From assembly GCA_041178425.1 (NCBI GenBank), contig JBEGVH010000009.1, positions 160,001 to 224,000 on the forward strand: 64,000 nt of DNA, given 5' to 3'. The notes beneath the pieces were generated by a model that saw only the letters and a list, made by a program, of their open reading frames with translations, was not told where the DNA came from and did not search any database. Made by a program: the position numbers and the translations under genes. How positions within the stretch are numbered: the stretch's first letter is position 1; every line of letters starts with the position of its first letter. Below are positions 30,711-40,396 of this stretch, in pieces. This DNA comes from Pseudomonadota bacterium (GTDB taxonomy: Bacteria; Bdellovibrionota; Bdellovibrionia; Bdellovibrionales; Bdellovibrionaceae).

Positions 30711-31448
30711 TCACCGAGATGAGCCCCTTCGCTTTTTGCCAAGATAGGTCGCGCGCATTTTCTCAGGGAGTCTTTCGATGGCGTAGCGAAGCATGGTTCT
30801 CGGCATTTTCGCAGAATTTTGATTCAGAAAATTAAGCAACACCGACTCATTGCGCTTGCCGATCTCTCGCAGCATCCAGCCTGTCGCTTTGTGAATCAAA
30901 TCGTGCTGATCATTGAGTAGTTTTTTGGAAATCCAAAGCGTCTCTTCAAAATCATTTAAGCGAATAAAATAAAAAGTTGAGACAATCGCAATTCGCCGTT
31001 CCCAGAGATCCTCAGAGCCGGAAAGTTGTCGCAACAGGCGACGATCACGATCAAAGAGGTAGCCTCCGACAATCGCTGGTGCCGTCACATCCACAAGATC
31101 CCAATTATTGATGGCGCTTCGATGATTGAGGTAAAAATCAAAAGTAGCTCTCATTGAAAGAGCGTCGTTCTTGCTTTGTGCTTTCTTAAACTGAAGAGTC
31201 AAAATAACAAGGGCGAGCATTCGCTCCTCGTGCAGAGGTGAGCCCAACAAAGGGATTAGCTCTACGGGTGAAATTGAAACAAACTCAACGGCGATGACTC
31301 TGATCTCTGGCATCGTCACACCCAAAAAGATGTCACCATGCCCATACTCACCCGGGCCCGTTTTAAAAAAACTTTGGAGAACTTTTGCTTTGGCAGGCTT
31401 GGCGTTCGCTTTTAATCTTTGTTTTAAAATCGCTGCGGTCATTTGCAA
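30711..31448 (-). CDS. AlkD-family DNA alkylation repair protein
   Basis: FFKTGPGEYGHGDIFLGV, INNWDLVD, WERRIA, HDLIHKATGWMLREIGK, MPRTMLRYAIE. Confidence 0.92.
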   Translation of the reverse strand: MQMTAAILKQRLKANAKPAKAKVLQSFFKTGPGEYGHGDIFLGVTMPEIRVIAVEFVSISPVELIPLLGSPLHEERMLALVILTLQFKKAQSKNDALSMRATFDFYLNHRSAINNWDLVDVTAPAIVGGYLFDRDRRLLRQLSGSEDLWERRIAIVSTFYFIRLNDFEETLWISKKLLNDQHDLIHKATGWMLREIGKRNESVLLNFLNQNSAKMPRTMLRYAIERLPEKMRATYLGKKRRGSSR

Positions 31449-31654
31449 TTCTTCATGGTTAATAGTGGGAAATTGTCATTTAATTATATGTTAGCAATAA
31501 GCAAAGTACCCAGGCAATCCAAGTACTAAACCAAAAGCTATTAACAGAAGGAAAAGTTTTAGAATATTTAAAAGCATGTGACGGCAGCCGGATCAACTCC
31601 CCTGAAAGACCGCAGAAATGGAAATTTATCCAAAAGGCCTTCGTTTCAGAAAGA

Positions 31655-31676
31655 GAGGCCTAGCAAACTAGGCCTC
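31655..31676. terminator. Hairpin downstream of the lipoprotein gene
   Basis: GAGGCCTAG-CAAA-CTAGGCCTC with a T-rich tract on the minus strand. Confidence 0.6.
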
Positions 31677-31685
31677 ATTGTTGTC

Positions 31686-33122
31686 TTAAAGTTGTCTAGT
31701 GAATGTCACTTCTCCCCAAGAGTTTCCGGTGCCAGCGGCAGCGCTGGTGGTTGTAAAGGTCTTGTTTTGAGTGGAGCTCATGCTTCCAGTGGGATCAAAA
31801 CCAAAAATAGTGCCCGTAAGCTGGGTTCCCAAGTTGTAACGAATATCCCAATTTGAGCTTGAGTTTCTGGTAATCGCGGTGCTGTCGAGCGCGCCTGGAG
31901 TGGTCGTTGAATAATTGGCCCCTTTAATCACGGTGAATGAATTATCATCATCAGGCATTAAGGACGCAAGGATGGGATTGCCTGAGGGGTCAAGTATCAG
32001 AGTCATCCAACCAGCAATTATTGAGCAGCTTGAGGCGCAAAGACGATCGCCTGGCGCTGACCCTTGACTCCAATTCGCTGCGCTTGTTGCCCAACGATAT
32101 CCGAGAACAGAACCTGGTGTTCCGACAAAAATATAGGTCGACTCTTCGAAGACCGTAGTAAAAAAGAACGCTTTACTCGCCAAACTGCTATAGCTGGGGC
32201 CGGGCGTGCTGAAGTTAGTATTTGCATTGTAAAATCGTAGCAAACGGCCGGTATCGATCAGCAGAGTGATCGAAGGTGTAGAATCTCCTCCAACGGTGAT
32301 TCCACCTGCGATCATATATTCTTTTTGAAAAGTCTCTCCGCCGGTACTACCAGACTTGCCCAAATAGACATTCATGTTTTCGGGAGCCACACTACCAAAA
32401 TCACTCGTCGTTGTTGGAAGGTTAGCGTCAAGTCCCTTACCGCTGCGAGTACAATTGGTCGCGGCGGCGCCAGAAGTGTCTCCGGTGTTTGCCTTGTATT
32501 TGCCAGAAACACAACCTTTCATCTGGCCCAAATTTTTATAGGTAACTGTTAGCTTATCGAAAGTGCCTGTTTGGTTCACCGACATCACGCCAAGAGGTGC
32601 TGTTTCTCCAGCGGCGAGTTCCGGGCATCCAAGCCCAGTGGTTCCATCGGGAAGAGTCATCGAAACCTTTTGCACCAGAGTTCCGTCGGCTTTTACACCG
32701 CACTGGCAAGTTTGTCCTTCTGGAACGGTGATTGGATTGCCATTGGTATCGATGCATTCCAATTTAGTGAAGAAGTTACTCATATCCACACTCGAATCAC
32801 GAACTGTGAGGGCTTTACCCGAGCTGTCGCTAAAGATCGGCACATTCACCGAATGATCTGTAGAGCTTCCAAGCACCATGCTTGTGACCTTAAACGTGAC
32901 TTCGTCAGCGGGTCCGCTGCCGATACTGGAATTGAGAAAACCGTTGGCATCAACGGTATTCATTCTGAAGAGGGAATCGCTTCCAACACCCGAAGAGACC
33001 ATTCTTACTTTTAATGAGTGGGTGGTGCCACTTCCACCATCTGACCCACTGTTCGAGCTTTTGCTACAAGCGGCCGCCAATAAGAGCGAAATAATTGCTC
33101 CCATCATGAGATGTTTTTTCAT
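31686..33122 (-). CDS. Hypothetical beta-rich Ser/Thr/Gly-rich lipoprotein
   Basis: MKKHLMMGAIISLLLAAAC lipobox, GGAGG RBS, several Cys residues. Confidence 0.8.
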   Translation of the reverse strand: MKKHLMMGAIISLLLAAACSKSSNSGSDGGSGTTHSLKVRMVSSGVGSDSLFRMNTVDANGFLNSSIGSGPADEVTFKVTSMVLGSSTDHSVNVPIFSDSSGKALTVRDSSVDMSNFFTKLECIDTNGNPITVPEGQTCQCGVKADGTLVQKVSMTLPDGTTGLGCPELAAGETAPLGVMSVNQTGTFDKLTVTYKNLGQMKGCVSGKYKANTGDTSGAAATNCTRSGKGLDANLPTTTSDFGSVAPENMNVYLGKSGSTGGETFQKEYMIAGGITVGGDSTPSITLLIDTGRLLRFYNANTNFSTPGPSYSSLASKAFFFTTVFEESTYIFVGTPGSVLGYRWATSAANWSQGSAPGDRLCASSCSIIAGWMTLILDPSGNPILASLMPDDDNSFTVIKGANYSTTTPGALDSTAITRNSSSNWDIRYNLGTQLTGTIFGFDPTGSMSSTQNKTFTTTSAAAGTGNSWGEVTFTRQL

Positions 33123-33176
33123 AAAACCTCCTTGTTGTTTTATCATTTAGTATTTTGAGGTCACTTTTATTAAGTG

Positions 33177-33193
33177 CTCAACTCAATAAAAGT
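33177..33193. promoter_or_regulatory. Candidate operator, copy 1
   Basis: CTCAACTCAATAAAAGT, 55 nt upstream of the lipoprotein ATG and nearly identical to 33973-33990. Confidence 0.45.
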
Positions 33194-33212
33194 TGAGTGA
33201 AGATTTGAAGGT

Positions 33213-33923
33213 CTAGGCTTCTAGAGGCGTTTTCTGTTGAATTAGAACAGTGTCGCCTACCTTAGTAATTCTGTATTTCCATAGGGCCAGCTTTTTGTTT
33301 AGCTTCCAAAGAAATGTATTGATCGTTCCAGTTTCCAGCCTTGTTAGTTTCCAAATTTCGGTTCGGAGTTCTTCGTTGGTGACGGGTTTTGGATATTTCT
33401 TCACAAGCATGGACAGCATTTGAAATTCAATCTTCGATAGATCAACGTCTTGGTCATAGAGGTTGGCTCTCAGATTGTGCGGCAGAAGTCTAAGGCCGTG
33501 CAGCCGTAACTCTGCTTCCTTTTTATTGCCAGCGGCTCGGTTGACTGAATTTCGAATACGGATGATCATCTCTTCGGGATGCATAGCTTTCCAGAGATAA
33601 TCGTCTGCTCCGTTTGAAAGCATCTCGAGTCTCGACTGAAGCGACTCATCGTTCGAGAGTACCAAAACAGGAGTTTTCTCACTTACTGATTTGCAGTAAC
33701 GAATCACATCGAGACCTACTTTGCCTTCGGGCAAGTCCATGTCGATCAGTAGGGCATCGTGATGATGAAGATCTGGGAGCTTCAATTCCTTGAGTTGAGC
33801 AAAGGATTGAAGAGTAGTAAGTTTAAAATGAGGTGTAAACTCCTCAGTAAAAAGAGAGACGAAGCCAGGATTATCTTCAAGCCACAAAATACTGGGCAAA
33901 TCTTTCACTTGCTTTAAGTCCAT
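33213..33923 (-). CDS. OmpR/PhoB-family response regulator
   Basis: LED, LIDMDLP (phospho-Asp), GADDYLWK, C-terminal winged helix (LSKIEFQML...EIW). Confidence 0.9.
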   Translation of the reverse strand: MDLKQVKDLPSILWLEDNPGFVSLFTEEFTPHFKLTTLQSFAQLKELKLPDLHHHDALLIDMDLPEGKVGLDVIRYCKSVSEKTPVLVLSNDESLQSRLEMLSNGADDYLWKAMHPEEMIIRIRNSVNRAAGNKKEAELRLHGLRLLPHNLRANLYDQDVDLSKIEFQMLSMLVKKYPKPVTNEELRTEIWKLTRLETGTINTFLWKLNKKLALWKYRITKVGDTVLIQQKTPLEA

Positions 33924-33972
33924 GGTTGCTTCCCTGAGGTAGGACTAAAGAATGGATCTTAATTCGGATTTC

Positions 33973-33990
33973 CTCAACTCAAAAAAAAGT
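33973..33990. promoter_or_regulatory. Candidate operator, copy 2
   Basis: CTCAACTCAAAAAAAAGT, 50 nt upstream of the regulator ATG. Confidence 0.45.
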
Positions 33991-34036
33991 GATTTGACCA
34001 TTTTTTAAACAAATAGAGATAATTTAGTGCAGACAA

Positions 34037-35308
34037 ATGACTATGGAAAACCAGTACTACTCACTACCCGATGAAGCCTACTTAGCCACAAGGCAAACTT
34101 ATGTGCAGCGGTTTACGTTGATCTATAGCTCAACGACGCTGGTATTCTCAGCTTATTTTTCACCCCAAGATTTTAATTTTAAAGTGGCGCTAATCATCAA
34201 CGTCCTTTTGTTTTTGATCGGAGCTCCCTACTGGTTTCGTAAAACGAGTATTCCTCATCTCTATCTTAACGTACTCTCACAGGTCTCGAATGCGTTCGCA
34301 TCGATCTGGATTTGCTCTTTCTTGGGCCCAACGTCTCACATCAATCTCGTTGCGATCCCACAGTTTATTTTGGTTTTAATGATGTTTGGAGGAAAGTACC
34401 GACTTCTGAGCTGGACTCTTGGCGCCATTTGCGTATTTCAACTCTCCTTGCCACTCTTTCCCTTTGTTAACAATTGGTATCTGAATAAGCGGATGCCCGA
34501 AGAGCATTTAGTGATTCTGCGAGAGCTAATAGACCTTTTGATTTTAATACTTACTATTTATCAATTTCGCGTGATCTCTGAAGCTTGGAGAGATGCCCTT
34601 GTCATTGTTAAGGATGAAAAACAAAAGCTCCAAACTGAGAGTGAGTGGCGATTTCGACTTCTGAGGATTCTGAGTCACGATATTAAAGAGCCCATGGTGA
34701 GTGCTCTCCAGCTTTTGCGAAAAATTCGCCGAGGAGCCAAAGAAGATCTCGATCCACGTTTGATCAATCAACTTGAGAATTCACAGATGATGATCCGTGA
34801 AATCATTTCGAATGTGGAGTCTTATGCCTCGGCCCACCAAGATTTGCAATTGCCAAGGGTCTGGTTATCTCCTCAAGAGGTTCTTGAGAAGATTATGCCT
34901 TGGCTTAAAAGCAGGCTCGAAGAAAAATTAATTTCGATTTCTGATTCTAACATCTCTGAAAATCATCGTATCTGGGTAAATCCCGAAGCTTTCATCTACC
35001 AGGTTTTTCTTAACATCTTATCGAATGCCATTAAGTTTAGTCCTGCCGGTTCGAAAATCGACTTTTCATCAGAGCAAATGGGCCAGACAGTGATATGGAA
35101 AATTCGGGATCAAGGAAAAGGAATCAATCCTGAGGCCTTCTCCGAACGAAATTTCTCGGAACCTGGGACTCAAGGAGAATCTGGCTCCGGACTTGGAATT
35201 CGCATTGCAAATCTAATTGCGCATAAACAAGATCTAGAACTGATATGGAAAAAAATGGATCAACCACAGACAGGCACCGAAGTTTCTATTGTTAGTCGTA
35301 GCCTTTAA
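34037..35308 (+). CDS. Membrane sensor histidine kinase
   Basis: Multiple N-terminal TMs, H-box SHDIKEP, N-box NILSNAIKF, G1 DQGKGI, G2 GSGLG. Confidence 0.92.
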   Translation: MTMENQYYSLPDEAYLATRQTYVQRFTLIYSSTTLVFSAYFSPQDFNFKVALIINVLLFLIGAPYWFRKTSIPHLYLNVLSQVSNAFASIWICSFLGPTSHINLVAIPQFILVLMMFGGKYRLLSWTLGAICVFQLSLPLFPFVNNWYLNKRMPEEHLVILRELIDLLILILTIYQFRVISEAWRDALVIVKDEKQKLQTESEWRFRLLRILSHDIKEPMVSALQLLRKIRRGAKEDLDPRLINQLENSQMMIREIISNVESYASAHQDLQLPRVWLSPQEVLEKIMPWLKSRLEEKLISISDSNISENHRIWVNPEAFIYQVFLNILSNAIKFSPAGSKIDFSSEQMGQTVIWKIRDQGKGINPEAFSERNFSEPGTQGESGSGLGIRIANLIAHKQDLELIWKKMDQPQTGTEVSIVSRSL

Positions 35309-35542
35309 GTGGGAGCTATTGCTTGAGCTCCTCCTATCGTAAATCAAATACGTCAAGCCGAAGAAGGACCAACTCACTTGCTACTAAAAAAAGCTGCCCT
35401 GACTTCTTCCTAAAAAAAATGATTCAAGTGTTTGAGGAACATACGCTCTCAACGGAGTGATTGTAACCTTTAATAACTACAGGCTTCGCTTGCTAAATAT
35501 TTAAGATGTTTTGGATTTTGGGTGATTAGAACCGTAGAAATG

Positions 35543-35576
35543 ATAAAGGCCCCAAGGTTTACCTTGAGGCCTTTAT
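35543..35576. terminator. Terminator downstream of the tRNA
   Basis: ATAAAGGCCCCAAGG-TTTA-CCTTGAGGCCTTTAT. Confidence 0.75.
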
Positions 35577-35653
<77 letters not shown>

Positions 35654-35836
35654 ACAGAAACGCGTTAAAGCGTTGGTCGGTTTTACGAGCAGGCCGAGTT
35701 GAAGTCAAGGTGCATTTCGAATAGTTTATTTATACATAGGGTCATTGTTTCGCAATAAAGGTTCATGACTGTTCGTTTGGTTCCTTCTAATAAAAGATTA
35801 GTTTCAATCAAGAACATTAAAAGGACTCATCATTTC

Positions 35837-36502
35837 ATGAAACTCTACCGTCATTATAAACAAAAATACTATAAGCTTTACGGAATCGCAAAACACAGTG
35901 AAACCCTTACAGATGTTGCCTATTATGAATGCTTGTATGAAAATACGGCAGGTCAATTTTGGGTTCGACCTGATGAACTCTTTTTTGGAAACATCGAACT
36001 CAATGGCAAAACCGTTCCGCGATTTGAAGAGGTAAAGCTTCAAATACAACCACCACTGCCTGCTGATAAAAATCAACTCAAAGAACTAAAGCTCTTCTTC
36101 GATTCGCTCGCCGGACATGATCGAGAAAATTCCCCGTTTGAGCAACTACCCGAAGAAAAAACACTCTTTATTTCCAAGGCCCTCATCGAAGATCAACTCG
36201 TTGCTGCACTCATTAGCTACAGATTAACCTCACACATTTTTCACAACGTTTGGGGTGGTGTCACCCCCGCTTTACAACGCCTCGGCATTGCCTCTGATCT
36301 TTTGGGGACGCAGCTTGATTGGTGCCTCGCTAATGGCTACACCCACCTACGCACCCAAATCCCCAATACCTTCACCCCTGCCCTTCATCTCCACCTCACC
36401 CAGGGGTTTACCATTGTGGGGACAGACCCCAAAGATCCCACCAAAGATCCCAATGGGCCAGCCCAAGAACTGCTCATCAATTTTATTAAAAAACTTATGT
36501 GA
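35837..36502 (+). CDS. DUF1653 domain fused to a GNAT acetyltransferase
   Basis: YRHYK...AKHSET...YECLY...WVRP...F...VPRF, followed by GGVTPALQRLGIAS (GNAT motif A) and GF. Confidence 0.8.
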   Translation: MKLYRHYKQKYYKLYGIAKHSETLTDVAYYECLYENTAGQFWVRPDELFFGNIELNGKTVPRFEEVKLQIQPPLPADKNQLKELKLFFDSLAGHDRENSPFEQLPEEKTLFISKALIEDQLVAALISYRLTSHIFHNVWGGVTPALQRLGIASDLLGTQLDWCLANGYTHLRTQIPNTFTPALHLHLTQGFTIVGTDPKDPTKDPNGPAQELLINFIKKLM

Positions 36503-36581
36503 TTCCGATGATTTAAGCAGGTCTAACCTTCGACTTGTCCTTGAGTTTTTACTTTAACTTCCCTGCCATCATTGGTTTTAT

Positions 36582-36608
36582 TCAAATATTTCAAAAAAAT
36601 ACCGATAA
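36582..36608 (+). promoter_or_regulatory. Putative sigma28 promoter
   Basis: TCAA-N15-ACCGATAA upstream of the pilin-like gene. Confidence 0.55.
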
Positions 36609-36674
36609 CTAGTCGAAACTTCCTAGTGAAATACTTTGTTCGCTTAGGCCTCGAATTTGGCAAGGATGTGAGAT

Positions 36675-37451
36675 ATGTTTGAAAATCAGAGGGGCGAATC
36701 ACTTGTTTCGGTACTTTTAGCCGCTGCCATTTTAACAATTATCATTTCAGGCATAATCTCGATGCAGGTCAACCAACAAAGAGAAACTCGCTATTTAAGT
36801 GAGAAACTCGCCGTTTTAGGGCTCGAAAGCATTTTAGTTCCCAATCTCTCTAGCGGTTCTATTTGTGTTTTCGAACTCAATAACCCATCAAAACTGACCT
36901 TCAATTCGACGAATACCACCACAGTCGCAGCTGCAAAAATTTTGGTAAGTGCCATCCACGCGGCGCCCTCTTCCTTAGCCCCCATTATTGCAAAGAGCAA
37001 TGATATTAAGCCTATTTCCCCTGAAACTCCTTCGGTTTTTGTAAAACAAATTTATTTAACAGATTTTGTGGGTTCAGGATCGACTTATACAGCTAACTGG
37101 AAAATTAGTTTTGATTCAAACAAGCTGGTCCGTGCCTTGAGCCCAATCTCGATACCCGTAGTTTTAAAGGTCGATAACGCGAATCCAACCTCCACAAAAA
37201 TTACTGGATGCAATAAGCCCAATGAACCACAAACAATCCTTGGCACAAACCCAACATGTCCTTCCGGTCAATCATGGATCGCTCGCCGCTGGATAACGCC
37301 AAGTTGCTCAAACTATGGCGGCGCCTGCACCCTCTACCAGGGTTGGTCGGGAGCGCCACCTTCCTGTGAATCGTGCGTTGACTGGGAAAAATGCCATATT
37401 TGCTATTCCTCAAAATGGGATGCGGCTCAATGCATTCCGAATCCAATCTAG
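36675..37451 (+). CDS. Type IV pilin-like protein with Cys-rich C-terminus
   Basis: Class III-like leader NQRG|ESLVSVLLAAAIL followed by a hydrophobic helix. Confidence 0.75.
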   Translation: MFENQRGESLVSVLLAAAILTIIISGIISMQVNQQRETRYLSEKLAVLGLESILVPNLSSGSICVFELNNPSKLTFNSTNTTTVAAAKILVSAIHAAPSSLAPIIAKSNDIKPISPETPSVFVKQIYLTDFVGSGSTYTANWKISFDSNKLVRALSPISIPVVLKVDNANPTSTKITGCNKPNEPQTILGTNPTCPSGQSWIARRWITPSCSNYGGACTLYQGWSGAPPSCESCVDWEKCHICYSSKWDAAQCIPNPI

Positions 37452-37585
37452 GTCAGACTCAATATTTTTGCCAACATCACCTCTTTGGCGGGTTGCGGGA
37501 ATATTTGAGAGCGAATCTTGCATTTTGAATATTTTGGAGTAGTTTGCGACCCCATGTCTTCAACCTATTGAATCTGGAGCACGAC

Positions 37586-38140
37586 GTGATCATAAAATTG
37601 GCCGAAATTAGCGAAGAAGGTGAAAGTTTTTCTCTCTCTCGTCAGTCGGGTGAACTTAATACCACACTGAACGACCTGATCGGAGAAAATGACTATAATA
37701 TAGAGTTCACCATCAACCCCCTCGATCAAGGCTTCGACTTGTCTGGCTCTGTCAAAACCCAAACACCCGAACTCTGTTCTCGCTGTGGAATTGATATTAA
37801 AATCAAAATAAATAAGTCATTCAGAGAACTTCTACTCCCTCGGCTAAAAACCCCAGAGCAAGGCGATCACTACTCCCGCGTCAATCATTATACCGATTTG
37901 CATGAAGAAAACAGCCCGAGCGTGATCGAGTGCGAAAACCTCCTATTTGATGTGGGCGAGTTCTTTCACGAATTGATTGGCCTACAAATTCCACTTAAAC
38001 CAGTGGGAGAGACGGATGATAAAGGTGACTGCTTAGTTTGTGGTCTCAATGTTGAAACCACAAATTTTGGGTACGATGAAGCTGTTCCGGCCCAAAAAAA
38101 TAACCCTTTTGGCGTTCTGAAGAACATAAAGTTGAATTAA
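37586..38140 (+). CDS. YceD/DUF177 family protein
   Basis: CSRC, CLVCG, NPFGVLKNIK, directly upstream of rpmF. GTG start after GGAG. Confidence 0.88.
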   Translation: MIIKLAEISEEGESFSLSRQSGELNTTLNDLIGENDYNIEFTINPLDQGFDLSGSVKTQTPELCSRCGIDIKIKINKSFRELLLPRLKTPEQGDHYSRVNHYTDLHEENSPSVIECENLLFDVGEFFHELIGLQIPLKPVGETDDKGDCLVCGLNVETTNFGYDEAVPAQKNNPFGVLKNIKLN

Positions 38141-38234
38141 CAGTTGATTTTGCGAAAAGTTTCGTTATTTTACCGAGTTCGTTAGATTTACAAATTACAC
38201 AAAGGCTTTTTATAGCCCATTTGAGAGGTGACGT

Positions 38235-38429
38235 ATGCCAACACCCAAGAAGAAAACTAGTCGTTCACGTAGAGATATGCGCCGTTCACACGACGGATTA
38301 TCCACTCCAGCCATGTCATTAGATGCAAAATCTGGTGAATGGGTTCGCCCCCACACTGCCCACAAAGGCACTGATGGAGCTTACTACTACAAAGGAAAAC
38401 AGATCAGCGCTGCTAAATCTAAAGAGTAA
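38235..38429 (+). CDS. rpmF: 50S ribosomal protein bL32
   Basis: MPTPKKKTSRSRRDMRRSH...RPH...YKGKQI. Confidence 0.95.
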   Translation: MPTPKKKTSRSRRDMRRSHDGLSTPAMSLDAKSGEWVRPHTAHKGTDGAYYYKGKQISAAKSKE

Positions 38430-38434
38430 TCTCA

Positions 38435-39433
38435 ATGATTAAGACGCCGTTCCGATCCAGAGTTGCAGGCATTGGTTCTTATCTTCCCGAAAAAATACTA
38501 AGCAACCATGATCTTGAGAAAATGGTTGATACCAATGATCAATGGGTTCGTGAAAGAACCGGAATCGAACGGCGGCACATTGCAGCTGATGGTCAATATA
38601 CGAGTGATTTGAGTTTAATCGCGACAGAGCGTGCTCTTGCCGATGCTCAACTCAAAGCCTCTGATATTGATCTCATACTCCTCGCAACTGTCTCTCCGGA
38701 CCAAGTGATGCCCAATACGGCCTCTGCTCTTCAGCAGAAACTAGGCATTTCCAACATTCCTTGTCTCGATATTTCTGCCGCTTGCTCAGGATTTATTTAC
38801 GGGCTTTCTATAGCCGATCAATTCATCCGCACGGGAATGTATAAAAACATTTTGGTGATTGGTGCCGAAGTCTTACACCGTATCGTTAACTACAAAGACA
38901 GAGAAACCTGTATTCTCTTCGGTGACGCCGCTGGTGCGTGGATTATTTCGCGAACTGATTTCGATGCCAAAGAAGGGATCTTCAGCACCCACTTGCGTGC
39001 CAATGGGGAACTCGGTGAGCTCTTCGTTTTACCTGCGGGCGGCTCTAAAATTCCTTTTTCCCAAGATGCTCTCGAAAAAAACCTTCAATTCGTTACCATG
39101 AAGGGCAGAGAGATTTTCCGTCATGCTGTTCGCACATTGACTGATTGTTGCCATGAAGCTCTTAATGCTAACAATGTTGATAGCTCTCAGGTTGATTGGC
39201 TGGTGCCTCATCAGGCCAATGTTAGAATTCTTGATAGCGTTGCTGATCACTTCGAAATTCCTAAAGAAAAAGTTATTATTAGTTTACACGAAACAGGAAA
39301 CACCTCTGCCGCTTCTATTCCCGTCGCCTTCGACTTAGCTGTCAAAGAAGGAAAGATCAAACGTGGTCAAATGATTCTTCTGGCAGCTTTCGGAGCCGGT
39401 TTAACGAGTGGCAGTGCTTTATTGAGGTACTAA
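38435..39433 (+). CDS. fabH: 3-oxoacyl-ACP synthase III
   Basis: RTGI, AACSGF, LFGD, PHQAN, GNTSAAS. Confidence 0.97.
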   Translation: MIKTPFRSRVAGIGSYLPEKILSNHDLEKMVDTNDQWVRERTGIERRHIAADGQYTSDLSLIATERALADAQLKASDIDLILLATVSPDQVMPNTASALQQKLGISNIPCLDISAACSGFIYGLSIADQFIRTGMYKNILVIGAEVLHRIVNYKDRETCILFGDAAGAWIISRTDFDAKEGIFSTHLRANGELGELFVLPAGGSKIPFSQDALEKNLQFVTMKGREIFRHAVRTLTDCCHEALNANNVDSSQVDWLVPHQANVRILDSVADHFEIPKEKVIISLHETGNTSAASIPVAFDLAVKEGKIKRGQMILLAAFGAGLTSGSALLRY

Positions 39434-39436
39434 AAT

Positions 39437-40396
39437 ATGCTTTCCCTATTTTTCCCAGGGCAGGGTAGCCAAAGTCCAGGTATGGGCAAATGGCTCTTCG
39501 AAGAGTTTGCAACAGCTAAACATGTTTACGAAGAATCAAGCGACGCGCTCAATTTAAATCTTAAAAAACTATGTTTTGAAGGTCCAGAAGACGAACTTCA
39601 AAAAACAGAGAACACTCAACCGGCCATCTTAGCCACTTCGATCGCATACTATAGAGTGATCAATGAATTGGTCGGCTTAAAGCCGAGTTATGCGCTCGGG
39701 CATTCTATTGGTGAGTACGCAGCTCTTGTTGCATCAGGAGTGATGCCACTGGCTCCCGCAGTAAAAGCCGTTCGCGAACGCGGGCTCGCAATGCAGAATG
39801 CGGTTCCGATTGGTAAAGGCGGAATGTGTGCCGTTCTCAACCTCGAAGACAGCGAAGTTCAAGCCATTTGCCAATGGGCCACTAAAGAATCCGGACTCGG
39901 AGTGATAGAAGCAGCAAACTTTAATACCCCTGGACAAGTTGTTATTAGTGGTATTCAAGCGACACTTGATTGGCTCCAGCAAAATTGGCCAAACTATCAA
40001 GGACCAGGTGCTGGTAAAAAAGCGCGTTGGATTCCACTCAAAGTATCAGCACCCTTTCACTGCTCACTCATGAAGCCGGCAGAAGAAAAGATGGCAGAAG
40101 TTTTAAGCGAAATTCCGTTTCAAAACGCTCAGTGGGAAATTATTCAAAACTTTACCGCCGCCCCTACCGTTGATGCAGTAGCTCTTAAAGAAAACTTAAC
40201 AAAACAAATCTCTGGAACTGTTCGCTGGACGGAAAGCGTTCAAAAAGCCCTGTCTTTGGGTATTCGCAAAGGCATCGAGCTTGGGCACGGCCAAGTCATT
40301 CGCGGTTTAAACAAAAAAATTAGCACTGACCTCGAAATGATCACTGTACAATCTCTGGAAGACCTGAAAAACTTCGAAAAACAATTCAAAGGATAG
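39437..40396 (+). CDS. fabD: Malonyl-CoA:ACP transacylase
   Basis: FPGQGSQ, GHSIGEY, SAPFH. Confidence 0.97.
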   Translation: MLSLFFPGQGSQSPGMGKWLFEEFATAKHVYEESSDALNLNLKKLCFEGPEDELQKTENTQPAILATSIAYYRVINELVGLKPSYALGHSIGEYAALVASGVMPLAPAVKAVRERGLAMQNAVPIGKGGMCAVLNLEDSEVQAICQWATKESGLGVIEAANFNTPGQVVISGIQATLDWLQQNWPNYQGPGAGKKARWIPLKVSAPFHCSLMKPAEEKMAEVLSEIPFQNAQWEIIQNFTAAPTVDAVALKENLTKQISGTVRWTESVQKALSLGIRKGIELGHGQVIRGLNKKISTDLEMITVQSLEDLKNFEKQFKG

